This document shows, piece after piece, positions 24,846 to 37,691 of a DNA stretch of 64,000 nt. A model generated the notes under the pieces. It did no database searches, was not told where the DNA came from, and worked only from the letters and a program-made list of their open reading frames with translations. The stretch's first letter is position 1. Every line of letters begins with the position of its first letter. The position numbers were made by a program, and so were the translations under genes. Location of the stretch: assembly GCF_004010195.1 (NCBI RefSeq), contig NC_057748.1:1943246-2007245 (forward strand), read 5' to 3'. Source of the stretch: Chiloscyllium plagiosum (taxonomy: Eukaryota).

Positions 24846-26769
24846 CCAATGAGCATCGATGATGCAGACTACAAACAACCTGTTAGCATAACAAAGCTCC
24901 AAATGAATAACCGCCTTTTCATCAAAAGCAGACAAACAGCACAGCTCAGTTCAGAACGCCATAGACATGTGCCCATGTTGGCAATTTCCCACTGCCATCA
25001 CTGCTCACTGCAGGGTGTCCCACTAAACACACTGCCTTTACATACAATGGAACACACCCAGTATCCCTCCAGCCAGCCCAGCGGACCATAAGGAATTCTC
25101 ATTCACCCTCCAATAATCAGTGCTTCTACATCAGGGAAGAGAAACTTATCATGATTCAGCCACAAAGCATGTCGTATACAAAGGATGCTGAATACTGTCC
25201 ATGAACAATGGCCCTCTCAGGTATAAAGAACCTCAAAATCAAAATACCAGCATCAATCCTTCAAGTCCAGTGGCAAGAAAGGTAGTCCTCTCCCAAGCCC
25301 ACCTGCCCAGCACTTGAGGCACTGATCACTCAAAATCAGCCCCGCTGAATGGGACATGTCATGCCTGACACCAGACTCTGAAAACAATTGTTCGACTAGG
25401 AACGAGTGTGGCAAGAGACTCCCAGGAATACAGCGAAAATACCTTGGTGTCCTCAAAACCTGCAACCAGCTAAAATACCCGCGCCAACTCACTTCTGACC
25501 CTGTCTCGTCAACAACCAAATGAAGGAGTCAAGGAGTTGTTAAGTGGAAATCATGTCAAACTAATTTGCTGGAGCTTTCTGAAGAGTCGAAAAGTGTGGT
25601 GCTGGAAAAGCACAGACGGTCAGGCAGCAACCGAGGAGCTGGGCAGAAGCCCTTCATCACCTTTTTTGAAGAGACTGCAGAGTGAATGGATGAGGCTAAG
25701 GCTGTAGGTGTGGTGTACATGGACTTCCAAAAGGTGTTCAATTCCAGTGCGACTCAACAGACTTGAGGAAAGTGAGAGATCATGAAATAAAAGGGTTTGG
25801 AAGCAATGTAGGTAGAAGATCAGCTGAGGAATACAAAACAGAGTCATCGTACACAAGCAATTTATTGGCTGGAGAACAGTTAAGAATGGATTTCCCCAGG
25901 GTACAGTATTGGGATCCTTGCCTTTCTTGTAATATATTAATATCTGAATCTCAGTGAGCAGGAGATAATTTCAAAGTTTGATTTGATTTATTATTGTCAC
26001 GTGTACCAAGATAGAGTGAAAAGTATTGTTTTGTGTACTAACCAGACAAATCATACCTTACATAAGTACATCAGGCTAATAGAACAGAATGTAGAATGTA
26101 GTACTACAGCAATAGAGAAGGTGCAGAGAAAGATCAACTCTAACATGAGGGGCCCGTACATAAGTCTGATAACAGTGGGGAAGAAGCTGTTCCTAAGTTT
26201 GCGGACAATACAAATCTTGGAAAAAATGTAAACTAGGAAGAAGACAGTGTAAACCTTAAAAAGGACANNNNNNNNNNNNNNNNNNNNNNNNNNNNNNNNN
26301 NNNNNNNNNNNNNNNNNNNNNNNNNNNNNNNNNNNNNNNNNNNNNNNNNNNNNNNNNNNNNNNNNNNNNNNNNNNNNNNNNNNNNNNNNNNNNNNNNNNN
26401 NNNNNNNNNNNNNNNNNNNNNNNNNNNNNNNNNNNNNNNNNNNNNNNNNNNNNNNNNNNNNNNNNNNNNNNNNNNNNNNNNNNNNNNNNNNNNNNNNNNN
26501 NNNNNNNNNNNNNNNNNNNNNNNNNNNNNNNNNNNNNNNNNNNNNNNNNNNNNNNNNNNNNNNNNNNNNNNNNNNNNNNNNNNNNNNNNNNNNNNNNNNN
26601 NNNNNNNNNNNNNNNNNNNNNNNNNNNNNNNNNNNNNNNNNNNNNNNNNNNNNNNNNNNNNNNNNNNNNNNNNNNNNNNNNNNNNNNNNNNNNNNNNNNN
26701 NNNNNNNNNNNNNNNNNNNNNNNNNNNNNNNNNNNNNNNNNNNNNNNNNNNNNNNNNNNNNNNNNNNCC

Positions 26770-27012
26770 TCAGTGACCCCCCTCACCCAGCTGACGGCCC
26801 TCACGATGGTCTGAGGTTGTTTGATGAAGGTGACGGGGTCGAACGCTCCCCCCGCGCGCCCGGCTCCATAAGCTGCTGCAGCCTCCATCTTCCTGCAGCC
26901 TCTCCGCGCCCGCGCCCGCGAGCGCGCCCGCGCTACACCCGCTCGGGAGCGCGCCGCCGCCGCCGCCGCCGCCTCGGCCTCGGCCACCGCCGGGAGCGCG
27001 CGCCGCCAATGG
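26770..27012 (-). promoter_or_regulatory. CpG island / 5' UTR and proximal promoter of SYNGR1 with (CCG)n tract and CCAAT box
   Basis: Very GC/CpG-rich block around exon 1; GCC repeats ~26953-26973; CCAAT at ~27006 on the plus strand. Confidence 0.65.
26787..26888 (-). CDS. SYNGR1: Synaptogyrin-1 coding exon 1 (MEAAAAYGAGRAGGAFDPVTFIKQPQTIVRAVSW)
   Basis: ATG at 26888 in a GC/CpG-rich island; 102 nt ending W|GTGAGG donor; resembles the synaptogyrin N-terminus (human MEGGAYGAGKAGGAFDP). Confidence 0.93.
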
Positions 27013-28502
27013 AAGCTACAAAGTGCAAACCCTGGGCCAGGGGGTTTGGGGGGATTGGATCATTCCCAAACACAATTCAACAACAGGGAAGATGCACATC
27101 CAGGAAATGCAAGACGGCGATCCTTGTGCACAAATAAAAATGTTAATTGCAGTTTGTTTCCATCTTAAATTTAAAGTATAATGTCACCTAATCTTTAAAA
27201 TATGACTGTGCACATTAATTAATCCATTCTTAAAACTGTGATGTTCATGTGCGAGGTAATCTTTAATATTAACTTTCTACATAATCGAATTATTTGATTA
27301 ACTTATTTTTAAAATAAAGTTTTCACTGTTTTTGTATTAATTTTATTAAATAATGCTTTAATATATTTTTACGATATTAATGTTCATGTTGTTGATGCAA
27401 ATGCATAAACATTATTAACTATCAAATCTAGCAAGTAAGTTAAATGCCTATTAAATAATCATTCAAATATATTTTAAAAGTACCAACTGCATGAAATCGT
27501 CTCACAAACAACACAGGAAATATTAGTGCTCACACTATTCTTGCAAACATAGTGAAAATATTAATTTGGAAAACAACTAATCTTGCAGACACACTAAAAT
27601 ACAACTCTCCATTAAATAATAGTTTAAATGTATTTCAAAATTATTATGAAATCTGAATCTTGTAAATAAAATTAAAAGCATATAATATGATCATGTCTAA
27701 TCTGGTAACTGCATTACTTTGAATACAAAGTCATAGACTAAGTATTGAAACAAAACTCTTAAATAATCCAAACATATTTTTATAATAACATTCAAAAATC
27801 ACATATATCAAAGAGCTTCACGTTACACTCTAGATTGTTACAGATTTCATATATTTAAAATAAAATTATGCATTACAAGTAATTTTGTAACCATATTTAA
27901 GGTATAATTAATGAATTATGTAGTATAATGCTAAAAGGATAGTTTGTTTTAACTCTAACCATAAGATATATTACTCGTGTAATATTAATATATTACACGA
28001 GTGATGGGCAGAGAGAGAAAAATTGTCACAATTTGTCATTACATAAGCCCTCAACTGATCTTTCTTTTACTTCCTCTCATAAACCTTGGGGCATGATCCC
28101 CAAATATTCCATTGCGTGAGCCCTAACTGACATTCTTACTCTGTCAGATTGACTGTTGAATAGCTGCCTCTGCACATTAGTCGTTTTGTAGGTTCAATCC
28201 CTGATCTGCTAAAAATTGACCAGCGTGGCTCAGTTATTGAGCCCTGGGTTCAACATGAAGATGATTTGTCAGCATCATTTCTGGAAGCACGTGTGTATTG
28301 TGAACGTGCTGGCGATGGCAGATTCAGGTTTTCAATCTAATGCCTGCTAAATTTAGACAGCTGCCAATTTTCAGTCAACTGGGGCTAAATAATGGAACAT
28401 TAAACCAAAGCCCTTTGAGGCCTTGCAGCTGAGAGATGGCATGTCCATTATTGCCGAGTTTCCTCAATCCCAAAACAGTTGGTGAGACATGAGACTTAAA
28501 CA

Positions 28503-28638
28503 TCCATTCTGATGAAGGACTTATGCCTGAAACGTCGATTCTTCTGCTCCTCGGATGCTGCCTGACCTGCTGTGCTTTTCCAGCACCACACTCTCGACTC
28601 TGACTCTGCAGGATCTGCGGTCCTCACTTCCTCCTATA
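28503..28638 (+). mobile_element. Solo Penelope terminal repeat beginning with a hammerhead core
   Basis: CTGATGA AGG..CCT GAAACGTC at 28509-28536; TSD AGACTTAAACA at 28492 and 28639. Confidence 0.8.
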
Positions 28639-28744
28639 AGACTTAAACAGTAAGCTTTTCCTTGTAAATGGATTTTTCACAGAAGGCCGCATTACGAAGC
28701 ATTATTGTCCTAACCCTGTGTCCAATGATCTTTCTTTTTTTTAT

Positions 28745-29192
28745 CAATCAGTTTGAGCATGTTATTGCACATCTCTGGAGCAAGTGAGATTTGAACCCAG
28801 GCCTCCTGGCTCAGAGGTAAGGACATTGCCACTGCACCACAAAAGCCCCATGGGCATTCTTTTATCTACTAATCAACCTGTCCAGGGATAGTTTTACACA
28901 CCTCTGGAGTAAATGGGGACTTGACAGGGACTTCCTGGCCTAGAGTTAGGGACATTACCATTGCAGCACAAGAACCCTTGGACTACCTTAAATGTTTAAA
29001 AATTAAACCAATGTTTTCTAGTCACCCCATTCAGGGATGTTATTACACACCCTCCAGAGCAACTGGGATTTGAATCTGGGCCTCTTGGCTCAGAGGCAGG
29101 GGCACTACCACTACACCGCAAGAACCCCTGGGGTCTCCTTTATTTTATTTTCAAATTAATCTGTTCAGAGATGTTATGACACACCTCAGGAG
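28745..29192 (-). repeat. Tandem array (~140-bp period, 3 copies plus a partial) of tRNA-like SINE heads
   Basis: Minus strand TGGTGCAGTGG (A box)...GGTTCAAATC (B box) repeated. Confidence 0.65.
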
Positions 29193-29574
29193 TGGGGTGG
29201 GGGAGTGCTTTTATACTGATTGAAGAACTGATAGAAAAACATTGTGCCAAATTATACTCTGCAGAACCAATTTAGCACTTTGCAGCCCCTCAAAGGGGGC
29301 ACTGCGACAAAAGTCAAGTTCTGAAAGGAAATGTATAAAGTTAAATTAAAATTTGGTTGTAAGTGGGGGATGGGGAGGAGGTGGTGCGGGAGTGATGTTA
29401 CTCCACTCCTGCAGTGCCTACCAGTTGCAGAAGACTCTGAGGTTACCAGTGGAGACCGTGTGCTCCTTGTCCAAGGACACCTGGGCACAGAGTGGCTTTG
29501 GAAGAGAGGTAGGCAATCCCCACCATAGCTCACACCTTGTTAATGGTCTAGGAATAGGCAGACCCTCTGACTTG

Positions 29575-30734
29575 GTAAAAACAATGACTGCAGATGCTGG
29601 AAACCAGATTCTGGATTAGTGGTGCTGGAAGAGCACAGCAGTTCAGGCAGCATCCAAGGAGCTTCGAAATCGACATTTCGGGCAAAAGCCCTTCATCAGG
29701 AATAAAGGCAGTGAGCCTGGAGTGTGGAGAGATAAGCTAGAGGAGGGTGGGGGTAGGGAGAAAGTAGCATAGAGTACAATGGGTGAGTGGGGGAGGGGAT
29801 GAAGGTGATAGGTCAGGGAGGAGAGGGTGGAGTGGATAGGTGGAAAAGGAGATAGGCAGGACAAGTCATGGGGACAGTGCTGAGCTGGAAGTTTAGAACC
29901 GGGGTGAGGTGGGGGAAGGGGAAATGAGGAAACTGTTGAAGTCCACATTGATGCCCTGGGGTTGAAGTGTTCCGAGGCGGAAGATGAGGTGTTCTTCCTC
30001 CAGGCNNNNNNNNNNNNNNNNNNNNNNNNNNNNNNNNNNNNNNNNNNNNNNNNNNNNNNNNNNNNNNNNNNNNNNNNNNNNNNNNNNNNNNNNNNNNNNN
30101 NNNNNNNNNNNNNNNNNNNNNNNNNNNNNNNNNNNNNNNNNNNNNNNNNNNNNNNNNNNNNNNNNNNNNNNNNNNNNNNNNNNNNNNNNNNNNNNNNNNN
30201 NNNNNNNNNNNNNNNNNNNNNNNNNNNNNNNNNNNNNNNNNNNNNNNNNNNNNNNNNNNNNNNNNNNNNNNNNNNNNNNNNNNNNNNNNNNNNNNNNNNN
30301 NNNNNNNNNNNNNNNNNNNNNNNNNNNNNNNNNNNNNNNNNNNNNNNNNNNNNNNNNNNNNNNNNNNNNNNNNNNNNNNNNNNNNNNNNNNNNNNNNNNN
30401 NNNNNNNNNNNNNNNNNNNNNNNNNNNNNNNNNNNNNNNNNNNNNNNNNNNNNNNNNNNNNNNNNNNNNNNNNNNNNNNNNNNNNNNNNNNNAGCAGATC
30501 CGGCGGAGGCGGAGGAATTGGGAATACGGGATGGCGTTTTTGCAAGAGGTAGGGTGGGAAGAGATGTAATCCAGGTAGCTGTGGGAGTCGGTGGGTTTGT
30601 AAAAAATGTCAGTGTCAAGTCGGTTGTCATTAATGGAGATGGAGAGGTCCAGGAAGGGGAGGGAGGTATCAGAGATGTTCCAGGTAAATTTAAGGTCAGG
30701 GTGGAATGTGTTGGTGAAGTTGATGAATTGGTCA
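29575..30734 (-). mobile_element. Penelope-like element (Neptune-type), spans a gap
   Basis: EEEHLIFRLGTLQPQGIN C-terminus and RT-thumb sequence; TSD ACCCTCTGACTTG at 29562 and 30735. Confidence 0.88.
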
Positions 30735-31304
30735 ACCCTCTGACTTGCCCATCCCCTCCCCTCTGTGCACAGGATTTACGGAGGCCTAAGAGGGTGGGGT
30801 TGAAGTGCAAACAAAACATCAGAAGCAGCTTCCCCCCCCCCCCCCCTCCACCTCCTGCCCCCACCAACAAAATGGAACCTGGAGCCTCCCCCACCCAGTG
30901 TAAATGTGAAACATAGACCCCTCAAGGCCACAGAAAGCTCACGCAGCCTGGGAGTCCGTAAACATTCTGTTGCCTAACAGTTTTAGGGGATTGCTGTGTT
31001 CACTGCCCTCTGCATCACATCAGTGGTGGTATTCAGGAGATTTCCTACATGGGAAGTCCTCGGGACATGTGGCACCATCAAACAGCAAAGCTGAACACTA
31101 AGGTGCATTAGGACAACGGATAAGGCCAAGGGAGGGAGTGTGCACAGTAGCAGCCCAGACAGACACCCCCCCTGTGGGGCACATGGAAGAAATCTCCATA
31201 AAACTGCTCACACAGCCGGGCCTGGGTCTGTGAGGTTAAAGTGAAGTTTTGGCCGAGTGCAGGTAAAACTCATCTGGGATTGATGACAATAAGATCGTCT
31301 CTTA

Positions 31305-32030
31305 ATGGAGGCAAAGACCATCACCAATAATAGACAATCTATCCATAACCCATTGACTTTCAATGTGTTTCCCTCAGTGAATCCCCCACTATCAACATCC
31401 TGGGGGTTACCATTGACCAGAACCTCAACAGGATTTGCCACATAAACACAGAGGCTACAAAAGCAGGTCAAGGCTAGGAATCCTGCAGTGAGTAACTCAC
31501 TTCCTGACTACCAAAACCTCTCCAATATCTACAAAGTACAAGTCAGGAGTGTCATGGAATACTCCCCACTTGCCTGGATGAATACAGCTCCAACAACACT
31601 CAAGAAGCTTGACACCATCCCGAACAAAGCCCTTGATTGGCACCACATCCACAAACATCCACCCCCTCCACCATTTACACTCAGCAGCAGCAGTGTGTAC
31701 TATCTACAAGATGCACTGCAGAAATTCACCAAAGGTCCTCAGACAGCACCTTCCAAACCATCTAGAATGGCAGGGACAGCAGATACATGGGAACACCAAC
31801 TCCCTGCAAGCCACTCACTATCCTGACTTGAAACTATATCACCATTCCTTCAGCGTCATTGGGTCAAAATCCTGGAATTCCCTCAGGGCATTGTGGATCT
31901 ACTCACAGCACATGGACTGCAGCGGTTCAAGAAGGCAGCTCACCCCGACCTTCTCAAGGGCAACTAGGAACGGGCAATAAATGCCCACCCAGCCAGCAAC
32001 ACCCACATTCCATGAGTGAGTAAAAGGAAA
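31305..32030 (+). mobile_element. Degenerate LINE 3' end (CR1/L2-group)
   Basis: IYKVQVRSVMEYSPLAW RT C-terminal motif. Confidence 0.7.
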
Positions 32031-32239
32031 TCTGAGCCACATCGGGACCTGTGATTCCATCAGTGCCCAGTACTCACAGTTGCAAGGCTATGAAGGCTGG
32101 GAGCTGGGCAACAGTTGTCTGCTGGTGACATCCAACCCTGCCCCTGACCCGGTTACCCAAACCCTTTCATCTACCAGGCAGCTGAAACCATATTCAATTG
32201 ATTCTTTCATGGGATGTAGGTGATCTGCTGCTTTTTGGG

Positions 32240-32550
32240 AGGCACGTTGCCTCAGTGGTTAGCACTGCTGCCTCACAGCACCAGGGTCCCAGGTTCAATT
32301 CCAGCCTCAGGCAACTGTCTGTGTGGAGTTTGCACATTCTCCCTGTGTCTGTGTGGGTTTCCTCAGGGTGTTCCGGTTTCCTTCCACAGTTCAAAGATGT
32401 GCAGGTCAGGTCAATTGGCCATGGTAAATTGCCCATAGTGTTAGGTGCATTAGTCAGAGGGAAATGGGTCTGGGTGGGTTACTCTTCAGAGAGTCGGTGT
32501 GGACTGGTTGGGCCGAAGGGCCTGTTTCCAAACAGTAGGGAATCTAATTA
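32240..32550 (+). mobile_element. HE1-like SINE, full length
   Basis: Head, V-domain and 3' tail all present. Confidence 0.85.
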
Positions 32551-32943
32551 AATAAAATGTGAGCATTGCTGACAGATTTGTCTCCCATCCTTAATTGTCC
32601 TCAAGACTGGCTGGGACATTTTGGAGGGCAGTTAAGAGCTGACCACATTGCTGCAGGGTCTGGAGTCACACATAATCCGGACCAGGTGAAGACGACAGGT
32701 TTCCTTCCTTAAAGGGACATTAGTGAACCAAATGTGGTTTTACAACATCGCCATCAGTGAAACATTAAAACCCAGGTCCATTAATTCAATTTAAATTCCA
32801 CCAGCTGCAATGGTGGGATTTGAAACGAGTCCCCAGAGGTTTAACCTGGGCCTCTGGATTATTAAACACAGTGACAGTCCCATTACACAATCATGCCCCT
32901 CTAAAATTGAAAGATGTTTGTTGGAAAACCTTATCAAAGGATA

Positions 32944-33160
32944 GCGATTTTTGAGAAGATTTGTAGCTCAGGTTGATACTAAGTATGGAAGTTAGCTTGC
33001 AGAGGTGGAAGGTTTGTTTTCAGATATTTTGTCCTCATACTAAGTAACACCATCAGTATACACCAGCGCTTCACCAGAGACTCACTGATGATGTTACTTA
33101 AAACGGTGACGAAAAGTCTAAAAACAACCTTCAAGCTCAGCGAGCTAACATACATAATGG
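32944..33160. mobile_element. Fold-back Poseidon-type terminal-repeat pair with divergent hammerhead cores
   Basis: CTGATGATGTTAC...GTGACGAAAAGTC at 33085-33118 mirrored upstream; TSD TATCAAAGGATA at 32932 and 33161. Confidence 0.75.
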
Positions 33161-33960
33161 TATCAAAGGATATAGAGGAATGGTGGGTAAATGGGGATGG
33201 GACAGATGAGCCAATGTTTAATTGAATAGCGGAACAGATTTAAGAGACTGAGTAGTTTCTTGTTGTTTCTCAGCTTGACGTCCTTCACAGCCACATATCC
33301 TGGTAACACCGTCCCTTTGGCTATGGAGGGTGAGCACTTAGGTTGCGGTAATTAGTATGAACAGTGACAGAGAAAAAGCACCTGAGGAGCAGGGGTGAAC
33401 ACTGTAGTTAATTATCAGAAAATCATTCAGCCAGTACAGCTAATATAACCATCAATGGTCTTCAAATTGCCCTAAAGGGATGGAGATATTTTCATCTTTC
33501 AGTGTCAGACAGAACCATCAGGATAAACTGAAATAGATGTGAACTGACTGGTTTGATATTGAACTCTGATTGAAGTCACCTCTGAAGCCGGGGCACGGAC
33601 ATGGATATTATCCTTTAACCATCTGCAAAATACACCTTTTTAAAGGGGAGTAGAACTGCCTGTATTGTCACATACACTTGAGTGAGTGCAGTGAAAATGT
33701 TTGCAAAGTCGCCTCTCATCGCCACCATGGGTACAGGGTACCTGGGTACAGGTACTTCCCCATAGGTACAGATTTCAGCAGCCACTGAGCTGGGGCAGGG
33801 ATTGCACTCTTTGCCGCTTCATCTAGTTTCATATTTGAAGGGTCTGGATTGGAGCGGTCTGAGCATTATTGTCTTATTAGTGGATGAATCCTCAAATCAG
33901 AAAAGGAGAGCTCCCAGCACCAGCAGCCGATGAGCAGTGACACATGATGAATCTAAACTT

Positions 33961-34151
33961 GAAGATAGTGAGGACTGCAGATACTGGAAGTCAGAGTCGA
34001 TAAAACGTGGAGCTGGAAAGGCGCAGTAGGTCAGGCAACATCGGAGCAGCAGGTGCATCGACCCAAGGATCCTGACCCGAAATGTCGACTTTCCTGCTCC
34101 TCCGATGCTGCCTGACCTGCTGTGCCTTTCCAGCACCACATTTTATCGACT
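33961..34151. mobile_element. Fold-back Neptune-type terminal-repeat pair
   Basis: Inverted arms GTCGATAAAA..GCTGGAAAGGC / GCCTTTCCAGC..TTTTATCGAC; TSD ATGAAT(C/T)TAAACTT at 33947 and 34152. Confidence 0.8.
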
Positions 34152-34829
34152 ATGAATTTAAACTTTATACCTAGAGCCTTGGAGCACTCAGAAGTAGACA
34201 AAGAGGCTTGGACACAGCTTTACACTGGACAGTCTCTTTAGTGCAGCATTCATAATCTCATCTTGACGATGGAAGTGTCCCCTTAGTTGTCAATCATTTA
34301 TTGCATTTTACGTCAATCCATAACTGATCTGATCAAGTTTCCTCATTAATAAAATAGGAAGCAAGTGAAGGTTAAAATGGCCCACAATGAACAGGGAGCA
34401 TGGCTATGCTGGAATATTTCACGGAGAGAGGGTGCAATCTAATTAAAACAATGTGACCGCATAAACCAATATGAAAATGAAGATTTCGTTATACCAGTGG
34501 GAGTTGGACAGTCAGGTGTGTGTGTGTGCATGTGTGTGTGTGTGAAACCTTATGCAGCACTATGTCTTTACTAAAATTTGCTTGTTCTCCAACCAACTCC
34601 ATCTGAAAATGATCGCTCTTCCAATATTGCACATCAGCACCCCCTGAGCAGAAGTCCCAAGTGTTCTGGATCAATATTTATCCCTCAGTCAACATCGCTA
34701 AACATTAACAAAAACAGATTGTTTTGGAAATACCAGTCACTCCAGTAGCATCTGTGGAGAAAGGAACAGAGTTAACCATAAGACAAAGGGCAGAAGCAGG
34801 CCATTCAGCCCATCAGGTCCCATGCCCGT

Positions 34830-35192
34830 CAGGTTATAAAATCATGAGGGGCATGGATATGGTGAATAGGCAAGGTCTCTTGCCCAGGGTAGAGGAGTCC
34901 AAAAGTAGAGGGCATAGGTTTAAGGGGAGAGGGGAAATATTTTAAAGAGACCTAAAGGGCAAATGTTTCATGCAGAGGGTGGTGTGTGTATGGAATGAGC
35001 TGCCAGAGGAAGTGGTGGAGGCTGGTACAATTACAACATTTAAAAGGCATCTGGATAGGTACATGAATAGAAAGGGTTTAGAGGGATATGGGCCAAATGC
35101 TGGCAAATGGGACTAGATTAATTTAGGATATCTAATCAGCATGGAAGAGTTGAACCGAAGGGTCTGTTTCCGTACTGTACATCTCTGTGACT
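34830..35192 (+). mobile_element. CR1 (HER1-like) LINE 3' end
   Basis: Same signature as 24470-24845. Confidence 0.8.
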
Positions 35193-35354
35193 CCAGGACT
35201 CTAAGTCTGCTCTATTTTCAATGAGAATGTAGCTCATCTGATAATCCTCAACTTCACTTTCCTGCCTTTTACACAAACCTTGATTCCCCTTACTGGATAA
35301 GGCACTGATCTCCTCAGCCAAGAATTGGGGGTTTGAGTCCCATTTGGCGTGTAC

Positions 35355-35560
35355 CAGCTTGGTTGAGGTTGGTCTAGCTGAGTTGGCTGGACGGCTGATT
35401 TGTAATGCAGAGTGACATCAACAGCGTGGCTGGGGTAACCGTGAAGGATTCTTCTTCTCAATCTCCTCCACTCACCTGAGTGCAGTGACCCTCAGGTTAA
35501 ACCACACCAGTCATCTCTCTCTAATGAGAGAGCAGTCCCATAGTCTGGTAAGACTTTACT
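35355..35560 (+). mobile_element. Second tRNA-derived SINE family, inserted in a CR1 remnant
   Basis: TAGCTGAGTTGG A-box-like head; CCCTCAGGTTAAACCACACCAGTC 3' region; (ACTTT)n tail. Confidence 0.5.
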
Positions 35561-35801
35561 TTTACTTGATTAGAAATCTGTCTATATAGCCACCCAGACT
35601 GTACAGCCCCTCTGAGAGAAGAAATTCCTCCTCATCTCTGTTTTCAATGGGTGACCCCTTATTCTGAGATGATACCCTCTGGTCTTAAACTCTCAACAAT
35701 GGAAATCCACCTTCGCCCATCTGCCCTGTCAAAGCCCCCTTAAGAATCGTGGATGTTTCAATAAAGTCCCCTCTCATTCTTGATTGATTGATTTATTGTC
35801 A

Positions 35802-36070
35802 TGATGTGGAGGAGCCATTGTTGGACTGGGGTGGACAAAGTTAACAATCACACAACACCAGGTTATAGTCCAACAGGTTTATTTGGAGGCGCTAGCTTTT
35901 GGAGCGCTGCTCCTTCATCAGGTGGTTGTGCTGATGAAGGCGCGGCGGTCAGAAAGCTAGTGATGATGTCGCCTAGCCAGGGGATGAAACGTTTGCAACA
36001 AAAACTTCCAGCTCGGCGAACAGAACCACAGCAACGAGCACCCGAGCTACAAATCTTCGCACAAACTTTC
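35802..36070. mobile_element. Composite of two Penelope-type terminal-repeat families with three hammerhead cores
   Basis: Cores at 35891-35921 (-), 35931-35960 (+) and 35961-35996 (+). Confidence 0.7.
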
Positions 36071-37488
36071 AACATTAACTAGTTCAGCATTATTTGAAGT
36101 TAGAGAGACCATTCTTCAGTCTAATAGCAGCAGTGAAGAAGCTGTTCCTGAACCTGTTGGTGCATGTGTTCAAGCTTCTATGTCTTTTACCAGATTGCAG
36201 AGGTTGTCGGAGAGCGTTTCCAAGGTTGACAGGGTCTTTGATGATGTTGGCAGCCTTTCTGCAGCAATGGCTGTGTTATTGGAGTCCATGGTTGGGAGGT
36301 TGGCTTCCATGATGGTGTGGGCTGTTCTAAGCTCCGGTGGGTACAGGCCCAACCTACTCAACCTCTCCTCATCAGATAGTCCCTCCATACCTCAGATCAG
36401 CCTCATTAACCTTTTCTAGACTGTTTACTGTTTCAAAATAAAAATGGCTCTTCTTCAGAACTAAAACATGTCCCACTGAAACATCATCCAGTCATTATTG
36501 TGTTGTTTTGGTGAGCTTGCTGTGTGCAAATTGGTTGCTGAATTTTCCCAGATGAACATAGTGCCTTCATTTCAAAATTACTTTCATGATGAAAGGCACT
36601 ACAGAAATGCAAGATCTTGCTATAATTGTTTTCTAAACGTGTCTTCAGTGTCTTCTGGACAATGTTAAGTTTTCACAGTTAACAATTAATAAGAAGATCC
36701 AGTCAAGGAAACAATTTTTTCCCCAAGATAAGATTTCCATAAACAATCCCCGTGAACATTTGGCTATTTCTCTGCTTTAGTCGATTTCATATTTCCATTT
36801 GAAACCACCGCACTGATGACATCATTGGAAGAATTGTCTGGAAGCATTTCGAGAAGCTGTGAGAGTTACAATAAAAATCTGCAGAACTGACCATTAATCT
36901 GCACTGCTTCACCAATTATGTCATTCCAATGGTGTGAATCTTAATTTATGTGTCTTGCTTTATCACCTTGATGATTCCTGAATGCCAGTGCACCCCAGGA
37001 AAGGAATAGAGCTGTAATTCAAGAGTGAAATTGCCAAGGTTTCACATCCATCACTTCCCTGATTTTAATTCTTGGCACTACTGGAGCTGTGGGTGGATAT
37101 ATTAGCCTTAGACAGGGTGCAACACAGATATACCAGAGTCATACTGACATTTAGAGGGCTAATGTATGAGGACAGTTTGCACAGTGTTGTGTTCTGTGGA
37201 GTATAGAAAATTAAGAAGTGATCTAATCAAACTGTTTGCAATAATTAAAAGATGTGATAGGGCTGACAGAGAGGAACTATTCACTGTGGTTGGGAGGAGT
37301 CCTCAACCAGGGGACTGAGCCTCCTCATTCAGGGTGATGCCAGGATGTGTGTTTTCACAGAAAACATTCTGGAATTCCGAGCCCAGAAGTCACTGAGTGT
37401 GAGGGGTCAATTGGAAATTTCGAAACGTTGATCGGTAGATTTTTTTTTGCTGCACGTATGTATTTAGAATTCGTGTACCAAGGTGGAG

Positions 37489-37691
37489 GAAGTCACACGA
37501 TGCCAGGTTATAATCCAACAGGTTTATTTGAAATCACAAGCTTTCAGAGTGCTGACCCTTCGTCAGGTGAAGTGTGATGAAGGAGCAGCACTCTGAAAGC
37601 TTGTGATTTCAAATAAACCTGTTGGACTATAACCTGGTGTCATGTAACTTCTGACTTTGTCCACTCCAGCCCAACATCAGCACCTCCACAT
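37489..37691. mobile_element. Fold-back element with two divergent hammerhead cores (GAAAGCT type)
   Basis: ~75-bp inverted arms; TSD CAAGGTGGAG at 37479 and 37692. Confidence 0.8.

Noticed and set aside
4323-26888. Assignment as SYNGR3 (with RPL3L) instead of SYNGR1 (with RPL3)
   Set aside because: NRNPNAC, YFPQISSVKDRKK and GADSALFSQ, plus the RPL3 C-terminus, TOP promoter and snoRNAs, favour SYNGR1/RPL3.
26889-26987. N-terminal extension MAEAEAAAAAA... of SYNGR1
   Set aside because: Starts at GTG in a GC-rich 5' UTR; homology begins at the ATG at 26888.
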